63,420 nucleotides of DNA, filler included, from Octopus bimaculoides (GCF_001194135.2; 6 parts of 6 records of this genome joined end to end with filler, not necessarily neighbours in it); one strand, 5' to 3'. Shown: positions 10,570 through 23,387, counted from the first letter of the whole stretch. Notes: generated by a model not told the origin, from the letters alone. Numbers and translations are program-made.

Positions 10570-12630
10570 TTATATGGGCTATCAATGGTGCAGCGAAGTT
10601 GTCACCAAACATGAACATGGAGTGGGCTCCATCGTTAACAAAATCCAAGAAAGTTCAGTCATCAGCTGTACACCAATATCCAGCAGGCTCATCACCATAC
10701 ATGTGAATGCAAGACCACAGAATATTACTATTGTATAAGTCTAGGTGCAAACGCTTGAATATGATGATAATGTCGTTGAGGAATTCTATGAGAACCTGGA
10801 TTAAATCACCAAGGCAGCTCCTCAAAAAATGTCCTCCTTGTCCTAGGAGGCAAGTCAGCAATGCAATGCCGTGAATGGGAAGGTTAGGAAGAAAATGAGG
10901 GAAGCCAAAGAGGAATGGATAGCAGACCAATGCAAAATAATTGAAACTGGGATAAAGAAGGGCAACCAAAAGGTTGCTTATGAAAGCCCCAAAATCCTAA
11001 TGAAAACAAATAAATACACCCCCACTATCACTGAGGTCAAAAAAACTTTGCTCCTTACAGATGAGAATGATGTCAGGAAAAGATGTTCTGAGTACTGCAA
11101 AGATCTTTACAACCACGAATTCAAACATGACAACGGCAGCTTGGACGATTCCAACAACAATAACAGAGAATTTAGTGATAGTGCAATTCTCCAGAAAGAA
11201 GTCAAAGAGGCAGTGTGCATGCTCAACGATTGGAAATTTCCAGGAGTAGATATCATTCTATCAGAGTTCCTAAATCATGGTGGGCTAAAGCTTAGCAAGG
11301 TACTAACAGTTACCCGTGAGAAGATATGGGAGACGAAACAGTGGCCAAAGAAATGGACCCAATCACTGATGATATCCGTTCCCAAGAAAGGTAACTCAAC
11401 ACTCTGCTAGAATTATAGAATAATCAGCCTAATTAGACATCTCAGCAAAGTGTTGCTAAGAGTTCTGCAAAACAGACTTAAAGAGAAGGCAGAAAAATTC
11501 CTTGCAGAAGAACAGGCAGGATTTAGGCCTCAAAGCGTACTGTGGAGAAGATACTTAACATCAGACTGTTTACTGAAAAACATCTGCAACATTAGTATGA
11601 AGACCATCACAATTTCATCGACTTCAAAAAAACCCTTGACCGTATTTAGCACGATGGGTTGTGGCAGGTAATGAAGAATTACAACTTCGAACAACAACCT
11701 CATCGAAGTAATCCAAGCATTGTATGAAAACTCAAGAAGTGCAGTTCTTCTGAACAACACCGGATAATTCTTCAGAACAATAGTGGGTGTTCAACAAGGA
11801 CGTCTCCTTTTTCCAGTGCTTTTCAACATCCTCCCGGAGAGCATCATGCAGGAGACACTTGAAAACCGCCATCCCTCTGTTTCCACTAAAGGATAGCCCA
11901 TTTTCAACTTGCACTTTGCTGATGATATTGACTAGTTAGGAGACAGTGAAGCATAACTACTGGAGCTTACCATCATACTGGTAAAAATATCAGGAACATA
12001 CGGGATGGAGGTCATCTCAGAAAAGATCAAGATCCTGGGTAATAATTACAATCAAAACACAGCAATCAATATCATGTTAAACTGAGAGAGACTTGATGAA
12101 GTGGACACCTTCCAGTATCTACGATCCACTTTAACCGAGGAGGGCAGATTTCAAAAAGAGTTAACAGCAAGCCTCAGTTTAGTCTCTGCTGCCATAATGA
12201 AGCTGAACAATATAAGGAAAAATCAATTCCATTTGTTTTCCAACAAGACTCAGAGTGTACAAGACCCTAGTGACTTCAATCCTTCTGTATGTGTGTGAGA
12301 GCTGGACTCTTACAGCTGACATGGAGTGAAGAACTCAGGCATTTAAGCACAAGTGCTTCAAAAGGCTAGCACAAAACGAAGAGCTTTGTCCGGCTGGAAA
12401 GCAGGAACCACTCCATATGTAGGTAAAAAGATGAAAGTTTGCCTGGTACGGTCGTGTATTTCGCCACAACTCACTGTCGAAAACCATCCTTCAGGGAACA
12501 GTTGAGGGAGTGCGAAAGAGAGGCAGACAGAAAATTCTGGTTTTACAGCATCAAGGACTATGAAGGCGCCAGGAGTTGTACCCCCAAAATTAGTTGTTTC
12601 AGTTAAGGGATCTTGATCATCTTGATCATG
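10570..12630 (+). mobile_element. RTE-BovB-clade LINE, 5'-truncated and degenerate (EN+RT)
   Basis: KHEHGVGSIV...PISSRL (APE endonuclease); QWPKKWTQSLMISVPKKGN, AEEQAGFR, FIDFKK, GVQQG, LHFADD (RT); TGA-type tail near 12615. Confidence 0.9.
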
Positions 12631-12959
12631 ATGGGCCATCGCTTAACAAACAGGATAAATCATAACATGCTACTAACCATGGATCAGTGAATTTTGGTTG
12701 AATGGTAGAAAACATGGGCTGGGACAGCCTTCCGTTCATGAGAAATGGTTGGAGATGCAGATGCTAAATATACTTGAAAAGTTCGTGCATATTGGAGTAT
12801 ACAAAATACAATGGGAAAGTAGTTCACAAACACCTTTCTGTCCCATTGTGAAGCAACTAGAAGACCAAATGACGCTGTTATCAACGTTAGTAACAGTGCA
12901 ACAACAAACTAAATATAACAACAACGACAGTCAGGTTCGTACTTTTTTCACACCTAGTA

Positions 12960-14340
12960 CTCCATGGCAAGTGCTGTTCTCTCTTTCATGTTCAACACAG
13001 ACGAATCTATCGTGTCTATGTCTATATTCAGATTGGGTAAGGGCAAGACAACCAGAGGCAATGTGGTCAACCGTCTCATTGTATAGTCTGTACTTGACAT
13101 TAACATCTTTTAAGTATTTTGTATTTGAGAATGGGTTTTGTTCTCATGTAGCTACATTCAAATCTTAGGCTTCAGCTTTTAACCCAAAGCTTTTGAGTTA
13201 TTGTTAGCCTTCACCGTGGAATTGTTTTTCTCCCTGTCGAGCTATGCGGAGTATTAAACATGGACTGGTTTTTCCATCTTTGGAAATGCATTTTTTCTTT
13301 TGGAAATCCATTTCAATTTTGTGCTTTATTTAAGGTTTAAATTTGTTTTGTTCTTATCTAAAGCTGTTGTTTCAGTGTAATTAGTTTCATGTTTGTACTT
13401 TGTTGCTTCTTTATGTCTACAGGAAAGTTTTTGCTCTTGTATGTTTCCTTATTACATTTATCACTTTCCTTTGCTTGCTTCTAGGCTGTCTAAGTATTTT
13501 CTAGTTCTTCTGGTGTTATTTTGCTTTCTAGTTGTATCAGGTTACGCTTTCGTTGTATGCAGAGAAAGCATTTATTATTTATGTCAACAATTGGATGGTT
13601 GCGTAAGAATGCTGTCAGTAGTTTCTCGCTTTTCTGTCTTAGCTTTTCAATTGACTTTATTCCCAGGTTATCATGTTGAAGTTGTAATTTATAGCTGTAA
13701 TGGCTAGCATATTTATTCTTACTCTCTTATTTCTGGCATTGAACTCTGTCTAAAATATTAGCTTGACTTTCCTGAAATACTATTTTCTAATTTTCTCCAC
13801 TCCTCTATATTTTATTTTATCAAATTCGTCTTGTTCTAGTCATTTATATAGTTGGTTCTGTCTAATCCTCTGATTTCGTTACCTATACCTAATTAAGTAT
13901 TCTCAGTTCTAATTAATTTACCTTTTCTTAAAGTCGCTTTGGCACATTTCTCTAATCCTATAATCATTCATATGCTTTGGCTGAAATTATACACAACTTG
14001 TATTAGGTTTTCTAGTTTGTATTATCCTTTGTAAATATCTTCAAGTTATCCATATAGAAATAATTTAGTTTGTCTGTATCATCTGTAACCACAGAGGTTT
14101 CGTTCAATAGTTTCTTAATGGAGTCAGTGGTGAGTGAAAATGTAGGCAGCTAATTTGTTTCCTTGGATACTTCCTCTTCTTATGAATAGGACTGGTCTTA
14201 ATTGTCTCCTCTTTGCTTCGTAACGATATTGTTTTCCTCTGTGTCTTGGAATAAATGATGTATGTAGTTAATGTTGGAGCTGTTTTGTGTAACTGGACTG
14301 TAACCATTATCTATTTGGTAAAACACCACCGCATTACTTT
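12960..14340 (-). mobile_element. R4/Dong-clade LINE RT/zinc-knuckle fragment (degenerate)
   Basis: Minus: LNYFYMDNLKIF (YMDD-like), GLEKCAKATLRKGKL, ETVDHIASGCLALTQSEYRHRHD. Confidence 0.8.
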
Positions 14341-14807
14341 CTCAGCATTAAAGGGACAATGCACTAGCGTTTATAAAGGAAATCAATCAAAATGCTCGTA
14401 AACTTCATTTCATTCGCCACCTCACACCAATTTTAAACTAAAGAACAGAGATAATTTCAAGCTGTCGATATATACCAAAGTCTCTCATCATACACTGTAA
14501 GAAGTACGATGATGTGCAATTAGTATCAGAGACTACATAGGCTTCTTAAAGCATTAAGTGCTATTTAAACAATTCAACCGTTACCAGACATCTTTTGAGA
14601 ATGATTACAGTCGACCACAGTGTCGGTTGCACGAAACATTTCGGTCCAGATATCTACAAACTTTGTTTTCCATATAATAAATATAATGAAGATTTTAGAC
14701 ATTTTGAACACTGGTCTACTTAATAATTTTGTTTTTGTATGTAAAATATAAATTTCGATAAATCTAAATTTTACTCATTACCTTCTTAGTATTACACCCA
14801 AACACCC

Positions 14808-14811
14808 ACCC

Positions 14812-14869
<58 letters not shown>
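14808..14869. repeat. (CA)n microsatellite
   Basis: Direct inspection. Confidence 0.95.
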
Positions 14870-14870
<1 letters not shown>

Positions 14871-14873
14871 CTA

Positions 14874-16065
14874 TTTGGTTGTTTCACATGAAATGTTGCA
14901 TTTTTAATTACTTGTTATTTCAGTCATTTAAAAACTCAATTATGCATATCTTGCATTTAATCTTGACTCTTTTTCTTTCCTAACAATATTGGTATCCAAA
15001 ATTCGTACCCACAGACCTTATGAAAATGATAACAACCAAACTATGTTGAGTGATTTTCTTATATAAGTACAAAGTGGGTCACTCTGCCGCAGAAGCTCTA
15101 AGGGATATCAAGCGGGTCTTTGGTAATGATTTTGTTGACATCAGAACTGTTCATAGATGGTTCCAAAGATCTCGTTCAGGAGATGATAGCATTGAAAATA
15201 AACCAAGGGGTAGGCCAAATCAGTTATTCAGCATGATGGATTAAATGCTTTGGTTGAACAAAATCCGAGAACAAAGGTTTGAAAACTTTCATCAGAACTC
15301 CAAACATCTCGCACAACTGTTTTTGGTCACCTGTAAAAAATTGGAAAAGTCAAGAAAACGGATAGATTTGTTCGACGTCAACTGAACGAGATTAAAAAAA
15401 AAAAACAGACGCCTCGAAGTGTGCTCCTTATTGCTTGAAAAATGGATACTCTTTGACAACAGCAGGAGAACAGGACAGTGATTAGATGCAGGAGAGTTAC
15501 CTAAACACTACCCAAACCCACCATTGCACCCTAAAAAGTTAGTGGTCTGCGAAGGGAGTTATTCATTATTCATTTTTGCAACAAGGAAAAACGGTAACAG
15601 CGACATCGTATTGCCAGGAAATTGATTGTATGCATGAGAATTTGAAAAAAAGAAACCTAAACTAGTGAATAGAGATGGCCCAGTTTTGGTCCACGACAAT
15701 GCACGTCCTCATACTCCTAAAGCTACGGTCCAAAAGCTGCAAAGCCTGAATTATGAGATTTTGTAATATCCTCCCCATTCCCCCGATATCTCTCCTACTG
15801 ATCATCACTTATTTAAGCATTTTGAGCTTTTCATAAGCAATAAAACGTTCTTAAATAGAGAAGAGGAAATTGAAGCATTCGAACAGATTATCACAGCAAA
15901 AGACGAATTGTTTTAAAGATGGAATATATATGACTTAGAGAAACGTTGGATAAACGTCAAAAATGAACATGGATCATACTTTGATTAAATAAATTAGTCT
16001 TCTAACACTTCTGAAACATTTTATTGTTACCTTTCAAATACAACATTTCATGTGAAACAACCTAA
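14874..16065 (+). mobile_element. Mariner DNA transposon, near full length
   Basis: 25-bp TIRs TTTGGTTGTTTCACATGAAATGTTG and rc TTAGGTTGTTTCACATGAAATGTTG; TA on both flanks. Confidence 0.93.
15020..15988 (+). pseudogene. Mariner (SETMAR-like) transposase pseudogene
   Basis: YKYKVGHSAAEALRDI...RTVHRWFQR...PRGRP, VHDNARPH, PPHSPDISPTD, GSYFD-stop; frameshifts and stops. Confidence 0.9.
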
Positions 16066-16782
16066 TATATATAGCTATGGAAATCAAGATTTTCCGATAT
16101 GCCGAATCGCAACATTCCGTGCTGTTGTCATATCACTCTGTGTTATCATCGATTCTGTGAGAGGCTTAAAGAATATTCAGTCTCATTGCAACACTTAAAT
16201 ATGAAATCCTTATTTATTATTAAAGGTGTCGTAGCATGTAATAAGCTCCCAGCAAGTAGCAATCTGCCAACTACTTTCGATTTATTTTAATATAATTTAG
16301 GTCATTAATGCATTTGACGAATGCATGGCCAACACACAGTGTTATTTCCCTCCTCTATAATTCTCAATTCATGTACACAGTCAAAATAAAAATCCTTGGT
16401 CATGAGGGAAGTGATGTAAACTTTAGATGCCGACAGAAATAACATATTTAATTTGGTCATCACAATCTCCTGCGATCGATTTTACTTTTCATCCTTATGG
16501 TCAATTTACATTTCATTTACCTGATCATTCAACTATGTACTGTAATACATCAAGACCAGTTAAACTGCCTTTGGCTCCTTCGAAAAGAATGTGTGTTGAA
16601 TAAAGAAATTATCATGATACATCTTCTCAAATAGCTTAACTATATCACTGCTATATATATATTAGGATGGAGTATTATCAGCGTAAATACTTTCTGTCTG
16701 CTAATTTTTTGTCTCTCTCCCCACCACACACACACACACGCACGCGCGCGCACGCACGCACGCACGCGCACACACACACACG

Positions 16783-16813
<31 letters not shown>

Positions 16814-16861
16814 TCACATACCTGTTCTCTTACAGCTTAACTTATTCGACAAAAAATCAAC

Positions 16862-17618
16862 AGTAGCTGTCCATCCTCCTCTGCTGAAAGTAGGTGGAAT
16901 TATATCCGGGAAGCTTTGTATACCACATCAATAGATACTTTCACGATGAGTGAAAGGCATAACCCAGATTGGTTCAGTGCTGGGCTCTCAGAGCTGGAAC
17001 CAGTTATCAAAGCAAAGCGCGCAGCTTTGATGTAATACAAGAGTGATTCTTCTACAAAGACACTCGAAGAACTCAGAAAGGCAAGAAGTGAAACCCAACT
17101 GACTGCCAGACGCTGTGCAAATAGGTATTGGCAGGAAATCTGTCAGAGTAACCAGTCAGCTGCTGACAGTGGTGACACCCGTGGGATGTATGCCGGTTTG
17201 AAGAAGGCCCTCAGTCCATCCGTAACCAAGTCAGCCCCTCTGAAATCAACTACTGGAGATCTCATCAAAGACCAAAGCAAGCAAATGGATAGATGGGTGG
17301 AGTACTATCATGATCTCTACTCACGGGAGACCACAGTCGCTGAAGCTGCAATCTAAGGTATCAAGATCTTGCCAGCCATGTGCGAACTTGATAGTCTACC
17401 GTCCATAGCAGACCTCACCAAGGCTATTGACACCCTAGCCAGTGGCAAACTCCGGGAAAAGACGGCATCCTCTCAGAGATCATCAAAGCCGGCAAAAACA
17501 CCACCCTGCTTCAGCACCTTCATGAGCTTCTGTGTTTCTGAGTGAGTTTTGGGAAGAGGGTACAGTCCCTCAGGATACGCGGGATGCTAACATCATCACG
17601 CTTTACAAAAACAAAGGC
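16862..17618 (+). mobile_element. RTE-BovB-clade LINE internal fragment (second family)
   Basis: NPDWFS..., RWVEYYHDLYSRE, WEEGTVPQD.RDANIITLYKNKG. Confidence 0.85.
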
Positions 17619-18655
17619 AAAACTGGATAGCCTAGTCCAGTCTGTGCGGATTTTCTGCAATGATATTAAGATAGAGTTTGGACTATCAAAATTGCTATGA
17701 TGGTGATGAGACGAGAAAAGCTTTTCAGAACAGAAGGCATATGGTTGTCAAGTGGTGAAATGATGAAGGCAATTCAACCTCAATCCAGCTATAAATATCT
17801 GGGAATACTTGAGGCAGATGGAATCAAACACCACGACATGAAAGAAAAGCCAAAAAGAGAGTACCTGCGGCGAGTGAGAATAACATGGGCTTCAAAGTTA
17901 AAAGCCAGAAACATAATTTCGGCAATAAACTCGTGCGCAGTCGCAGTAGTTAGGTATGGTGCTGGGATCCTGAAGTGGACAGAGGGCAAACTAAAGGAGA
18001 TAGACAGGAAGTCAAGAAAGCTTCTAACGCTGCATGGAGCCCATCATCTACGTGCGGACACTGATCGCCTATACATGAAGAGAGCAAATTGAGGAAGGGA
18101 ACTGATAAGTGTGGAAGACTGCGTGCGTATAGAAATCGAGAGCTTAATGAGATACCTAGCGCAAAGTAAAGAAACCTTTTTAGTGACAGTTAGGAACGAG
18201 GGAGTATTGCAAGTAGAGAAGAAAGGAAAAACAAAGGAAGAAGTGCAAAAAGAACACGAAAAAGAATTACGCAAGAAGGGACTACACAATCAATTCTATG
18301 GAGCCACAACAGAAGTTGTTGGAACAAATAGGTGGGATTGGCTGATGAAAGGAACACTAAAAAAAGAAAAAAGAGATCGAGAGCACTATACTGGCAGCGC
18401 AAGACCAAGCTCTGGCTACGAACTGGAGGGTCAACTGGAGGGTCTCCGCTGCGCCGCATCTGGAATAGAGTGGATGAAACCCTTGCCCATATCACGAATG
18501 AATGCTCTAGACTTGCCCAAAACCACAAGTTGTGGAGACACGACCAAGTAGAGAAAGTGTCACATTGGAAACCGTGCGAAAAGTGGGGGCTAGAGAGAGG
18601 CAAAATGTGGTATGAGAACAAACCACAAAGAGTGGCGGAGTCGGAGCTCCAACAA
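17619..18655 (+). mobile_element. R4/Dong-clade LINE RT C-terminal half to CCHC region
   Basis: SYKYLGILEADGIK, EYLRRVR, AINSCAVAVVRYGAGILKW, DRLYMKR...VEDCV, CSRLAQ...RHDQV...HW; ends in (TAA)n. Confidence 0.9.
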
Positions 18656-18659
18656 AACT

Positions 18660-18695
18660 TGTAATAATGAGAAAATAGTAACAGTAATAGTAATG

Positions 18696-18729
<34 letters not shown>
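18660..18729. repeat. (TAA)n microsatellite
   Basis: Direct inspection; a second tract lies at 18942-19002. Confidence 0.95.
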
Positions 18730-18730
<1 letters not shown>

Positions 18731-18941
18731 CCTTTCTACTATAGGCACAAGGCCTGATATTTGGTGGGAGGGGACTAGTCGATTGCGTCGGTCCCAGTGT
18801 TTCACTGATACTTAATTTATCAAACCTGAAAGGATGAAAGGCAAAGTCGAAGCGGAATTTGAACTCAGAACGTAGCGACGGGCGAAATACCGCTAAGCTT
18901 TTCGTCCAGCGTGCTAACGATTCTGCCAGCTCGCAGCCTTC
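18730..18941 (-). mobile_element. SINE family C, full length, within (TAA)n
   Basis: rc AAGGCTGCGAGCTGGCAGAATCGTTAGCACG...GTTCTGAGTTCAAATTCCGC...GCCTTTCATCC...GGCCTTGTGCCTATAGTAGAAAGG. Confidence 0.9.
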
Positions 18942-18947
18942 AATAAC

Positions 18948-19006
<59 letters not shown>

Positions 19007-19007
<1 letters not shown>

Positions 19008-19192
19008 TAAAGAAAGAGTACTATAGACGAGTTAGATCAATACTAAAAACAGAGCTCAATGCTAAAAACAAGATAATGGGTATCAACACTTTAGCTGTCC
19101 CAGTTATAAGCCACAGCTACAACATCCTTAACTGGACACTAAACGAACTATGTAAAATAGACAGGAAAACAAGAAAAATAATGACAGGATAT
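19007..19192 (+). mobile_element. R4/Dong-clade LINE RT fragment (cut by gap)
   Basis: Stop-free IKKEYYRRVRSILKTELNAKNKIMGINTLAVPVISHSYNILNW...IDRKTRKIMTG directly after (TAA)n. Confidence 0.9.
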
Positions 19193-19714
19193 NNNNNNNN
19201 NNNNNNNNNNNNNNNNNNNNNNNNNNNNNNNNNNNNTTAATTAATTAANNNNNNNNNNNNNNNNNNNNNNNNNNNNNNNNNNNNNNNNNNNNTGATATTG
19301 ATGACTTCATGGATACCTAAAGTATTGTCGAAAATTAATGCTAAATTTCATTTTGATACGTCTCTGTCACACAAAGTTATTCAGACAATTTATGAATTTC
19401 CAAACGGAAATGAATCCAAATGAATTTATGAAACTATTAACATTTTACCCCAAATATAATTATTCCAGAAATCATTCCAGAAATGATATATTCCAGAAAT
19501 TATTCCATCGGTTTTAACTACTTTGTATAGTAATTTGGTGGATTTCAACTGATTTCTATATCCCTCAACTCCCTTAGCATCATCACCGTTCACACCTTTC
19601 TCACTACATAAATTTCGACTACTGACACCAGTGGTAATTGCATTGAGCCTCTTTTCGATAAAAAGCTGAGCAGTTAAGTATCCGAGGTACGCCTAACCAC
19701 TTTCTAATGAATGC

Positions 19715-20415
19715 ATTGCATAGTGAATGACCAGTTCAAAAGTGACTTTACCATACCATTGGAACAAAGACAAGTGAACGAACCAATGGATTTCTTTGCC
19801 GCCACACCTATAACCAGCGACATTGGGGAAGAAAATATAATACTAGCCATAGATGAGGTGGACGCAGGCTCAACTGCTGGCCCTGATGGTTTCCCAGAAG
19901 TCCTCTTCAAATCGTGTAAAGGTGCCCTGACGAAACCACTACAGATTCTCTTCCAGAGCTTTCTTACAGTTTCTCTCATTTTTTATATTGGTTATTTTGT
20001 TTTCATTATTCGACTTTCTTTGTTTCAAGACTAAGAAGAGGTATTCTTATTTTACTTTCTCTCTCTGCCAAGCAGACCGAAGGAGGAAGCAGAGCAGGTG
20101 CCAAAAATTATAGTCCTATCTCGCTGACTTCAGGCATTAGCAAAGTCATGGAATGAATAGTCAGAAGGAAACTAATCGCATTCCTTGAAGAAAACGACCT
20201 GCTTAATAAAGTTGATCATGGCATGATATGCCACAAACTGCGTGATCTCGGCATAGCTAGTAAACTTGGAGAGTGATTACATGACTTTCTGAAAGATAGA
20301 AGTCAGGCAGTGGTGACCAATGGATCCACCTCAAAGAAAACACAAATAGTTCCTCAGGGTACTCTCTTAGGATCGCTACTTTTCATAGTGGCCCTCTAAG
20401 ATATGCCCTCAGCCA
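19715..20415 (+). mobile_element. CR1-clade LINE RT fragments
   Basis: STAGPDGFPEVLFKSCK, NYSPISLTSGISKVME, KVDHGMICHKL, VPQGTLLGSLLFIV. Confidence 0.85.
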
Positions 20416-20419
20416 TCAC

Positions 20420-20965
20420 TATAAACACAAATAAACGTGTATTTATATGTAAACAAAATAATTTACCTTTCCTAAAAAACTCATCCTTAGAATAAATATA
20501 CCTACCTATCCACCACTGGACAAAATAACATGAATCTTGGAAGGCAACACTTGAAGTCTATGACTTATTTCTCTTTCCTATACCTAATCCATTTTACTAA
20601 ATTTTACTCCTCTCACACTCTTAGTCTGGATCCTATTCTTCTTATGCCCCCTTCAATAAGAAAAATATACTGTACCTATTAGTAACTGACTCTTGTATGT
20701 ATCGGCTCTCCTAAACATTTAGACCCTCTGATGAAGCCTAGAGGCACACTCAACATCCAAACTTTATCTACCCATCCTTACAGAACACTGCAGAGATGAA
20801 GCTAGCATGGAGGATATCGTGGCCTCTTGGCAGAAACGGCCGTAAGGAACTGATTTTTTAATATTTTACTATTTTATGTATTACTAATATGTATTTGTGT
20901 AGCACACAGTCTTTGCATGTGTATGTATTCTTATAATACTCCTTTTGTTTTGGAATAAATAGATA
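20420..20965 (+). mobile_element. Penelope-like pseudo-LTR segment
   Basis: Contains a hammerhead motif followed by T-rich sequence and AATAAA; the class is inferred from the ribozyme, no coding remnant seen. Confidence 0.45.
20724..20850 (+). ncRNA. Type I hammerhead ribozyme motif with long stem II insertion
   Basis: CUGAUGA 20728-20734; stem II GCCUAGAGGC(20736-45)/GCCUCUUGGC(20822-31), 9 of 10 pairs; GAAA 20833-36; palindrome ACGGCCGU; GUA site 20842-44; stem I CCU/AGG. Confidence 0.7.
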
Positions 20966-21707
20966 TAATAGAATGTCTATCGGCTGATGTATGTCATTTT
21001 TGTATCCCGTCCATTTTGTTTATGCCATATATATATATTTCACGTCTGCCCGTCTAGCCTTTTTTGTTTATTTTCACTGTTTCGTTTTCCTGTCTTGTTT
21101 TCTGTCCGCCACTACATTCCTCCATGGTACAAAATTAATTTGTGGTCTGTGGGAAGAGCCAATTTAACGATACGTCCTGTCCCAACTCTTCAAAACGCCA
21201 GTGTTAGAATAGTGGCAGTTGATGAAGGAAATGTTTTCTATGTGGCCTGTGTGTTTTCTGTACTCTGTTNNNNNNNNNNNNNNNNNNNNNNNNNNNNNNN
21301 NNNNNNNNNNNNNNNNNNNNNNNNNNNNNNNNNNNNNNNNNNNNNNNNNNNNNNNNNNNNNNNNNNNNNATGCGGCTTTCGCTAATTCTTACTTCAGTAT
21401 ATTGGCTCCCTGGTGAATCCTGCTCGACGATTAAATTTCATTTTACTCATACTTATGGGCAGAGTCAATTTGATCGGCTCTCCTACATGTGCAAATGTTG
21501 AAAGTAGCGTAGAGCAGGCAACTGCAGCACTGAACGGTTGAAAGCCTCTTGCAATAGAAGCGAGTGAAATGAAAAAAAGAGAGAGAAGAAGGAAAAGAAA
21601 ATATAAAATCTACTGTAAAGTTTCTTTGAAATTTCAGCTGCCAGAGGCATAGGTGAAAACTTATAAAACATTTTGAAAGTAGTAACATTAAACAAAACGT
21701 GTGCGAT

Positions 21708-21824
21708 GCTTACAGCATTTAGGTTTCCCAAGCGGTCACCCATCTATGTACTCACTAGGATCGACGTTGCTTAACTTCGGTGATCGGACGAGAACCGGTG
21801 CTCTTAGCGTGATATGGCATAAAC
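21708..21824 (-). rRNA. 5S rRNA-like copy (probable pseudogene)
   Basis: rc GTTTATGCCATATCACGCTAAGAGCACCGGTTCTCGTCCGATCACCGAAGTTAAGCAACGTCG...GATGGGTGACCGCTTGGGAAAC...GCTGTAAGC matches the metazoan/mollusc 5S. Confidence 0.9.
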
Positions 21825-22936
21825 GATTACCAATCTGCCTTTTAGTACCTTTATTCTAATAAACGACTAAATGCAAGCAGCTTTTAACATTTTACAATTT
21901 ATACTAAATTTTGTCACAATTTTCAAATCTTTACTCTACTTTTCTTCTACCAGTTCACTATTGCATCGGCTGATCAAACTTTCTTTCTTTTATTCGAACT
22001 CCCAAATACACCACTAGCAACTAGCTTCACGCTCACTAGCTTTCAGATTTCACTTTGCCGCTGCCAATTAGTCAATAGTCCTTCACTGTCACGCGACACT
22101 GCCCATACTACTACTACTTGTGTCCCAATCTTACCCACAAATGCTCCTCAACACATCACCANNNNNNNNNNNNNNNNNNNNNNNNNNNNNNNNNNNNNNN
22201 NNNNNNNNNNNNNNNNNNNNNNNNNNNNNNNNNNNNNNNNNNNNNNNNNNNNNNNNNNNNNNNNNNNNNNNNNNNNNNNNNNNNNNNNNNNNNNNNNNNN
22301 NNNNNNNNNNNNNNNNNNNNNNNNNNNNNNNNNNNNNNNNNNNNNNNNNNNNNNNNNNNNNNNNNNNNNNNNNNNNNNNNNNNNNNNNNNNNNNNNNNNN
22401 NNNNNNNNNNNNNNNNNNNNNNNNNNNNNNNNNNNNNNNNNNNNNNNNNNNNNNNNNNNNNNNNNNNNNNNNNNNNNNNNNNNNNNNNNNNNNNNNNNNN
22501 NNNNNNNNNNNNNNNNNNNNNNNNNNNNNNNNNNNNNNNNNNNNNNNNNNNNNNNNNNNNNNNNNNNNNNNNNNNNNNNNNNNNNNNNNNNNNNNNNNNN
22601 NNNNNNNNNNNNNNNNNNNNNNNNNNNNNNNNNNNNNNNNNNNNNNNNNNNNNNNNNNNNNNNNNNNNNNNNNNNNNNNNNNNNNNNNNNNNCACTTTAC
22701 AGCGAGCGATGTTGTCGGAGGTAAACAAGCAATGCTGCTTATGACAACAATCTTCATCGAAAGTATGCTAATTGCAACTGGCCGGCAAAGACAAAGCGAC
22801 AGATGCTGAGATGTGAGTAAAATAAAACTCAGTAATACACATACAAGATAACAAAAATTCAATTCAAAACCACACAACGATTTCCTATGTTCAGACGGTG
22901 TATTACAGAACACGGTTCGAATGACACCTCTCTGTC

Positions 22937-23056
22937 GTTTACGGCCATATCACTTTGAAAACATCGGTTTTCTTTCGATCACCGAAGTTAAGCAAAGTCG
23001 AGCCTAGTTAGTACTTAGATGGGTAACCGCTTGGGAAACATAGGTGCTGTAAACAT
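22937..23056 (+). rRNA. 5S rRNA-like copy, full length (variant gene or pseudogene)
   Basis: GTTTACGGCCATATCAC...GATCACCGAAGTTAAGCAAAGTCG...GTACTTAGATGGGTAACCGC...GCTGTAAAC; helix I pairs fully; T-runs follow. Confidence 0.9.
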
Positions 23057-23387
23057 CTTTCCATTCTTTTATTTCAGAAGTATTCACTACTTCATGTCTG
23101 TCTCTTCTTTCGCTTTTGCCTCGCACACAAATATACATATTTACAGACACCAATTTCCATGCTTTTCTCTCACTGCACTTTCACAGCTTTATTCTGCAAA
23201 GTGAAATAACTGTTGCCAATGTTTGCTTAGTCATTTAGTCCAGGCCACCACCCGCTTCTAGTTTCATGCGGCTTTCGTTAATTCTTACTTCAGTATATTG
23301 GCTCCCTGGTGAATCGTGCTCGACGATTAAACTTCATTTTACTCATACTAATGGGCAGAATCAATAGACGATTAAATGCAAGCATAT

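Noticed and set aside
12698-13168. 156-aa plus ORF as a host gene
   Set aside because: Its second half is the antisense of Dong coding sequence, and no domain is recognisable.
16522-16580. Minus-strand exon candidate (GAKGSLTGLDVLQYIVE) with good splice signals
   Set aside because: All three frames stop before the donor, and no partner exons were found.
19237-19248. TTAATTAATTAA palindrome recurring at 19237, 37831, 41693, 60770 and 62197
   Set aside because: Always centred in a 100-bp N block and has stops in all six frames: an assembly linker, not biology.
21146-21203. Additional hammerhead (CTGTGGGAAGAG...CTCTTCAAAACGCC)
   Set aside because: Several invariant core positions are altered; at most a dead relic.
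21448-21465. U1 snRNA-like start (ATACTTATGGGCAG) in the 5S flank
   Set aside because: Similarity ends after ~12 nt, with no U1 stems or Sm site.
22118-22913. Long ORFs made of X (also 28478, 34690, 39488, 44618, 50138, 57132 and others)
   Set aside because: They only run through N gaps.
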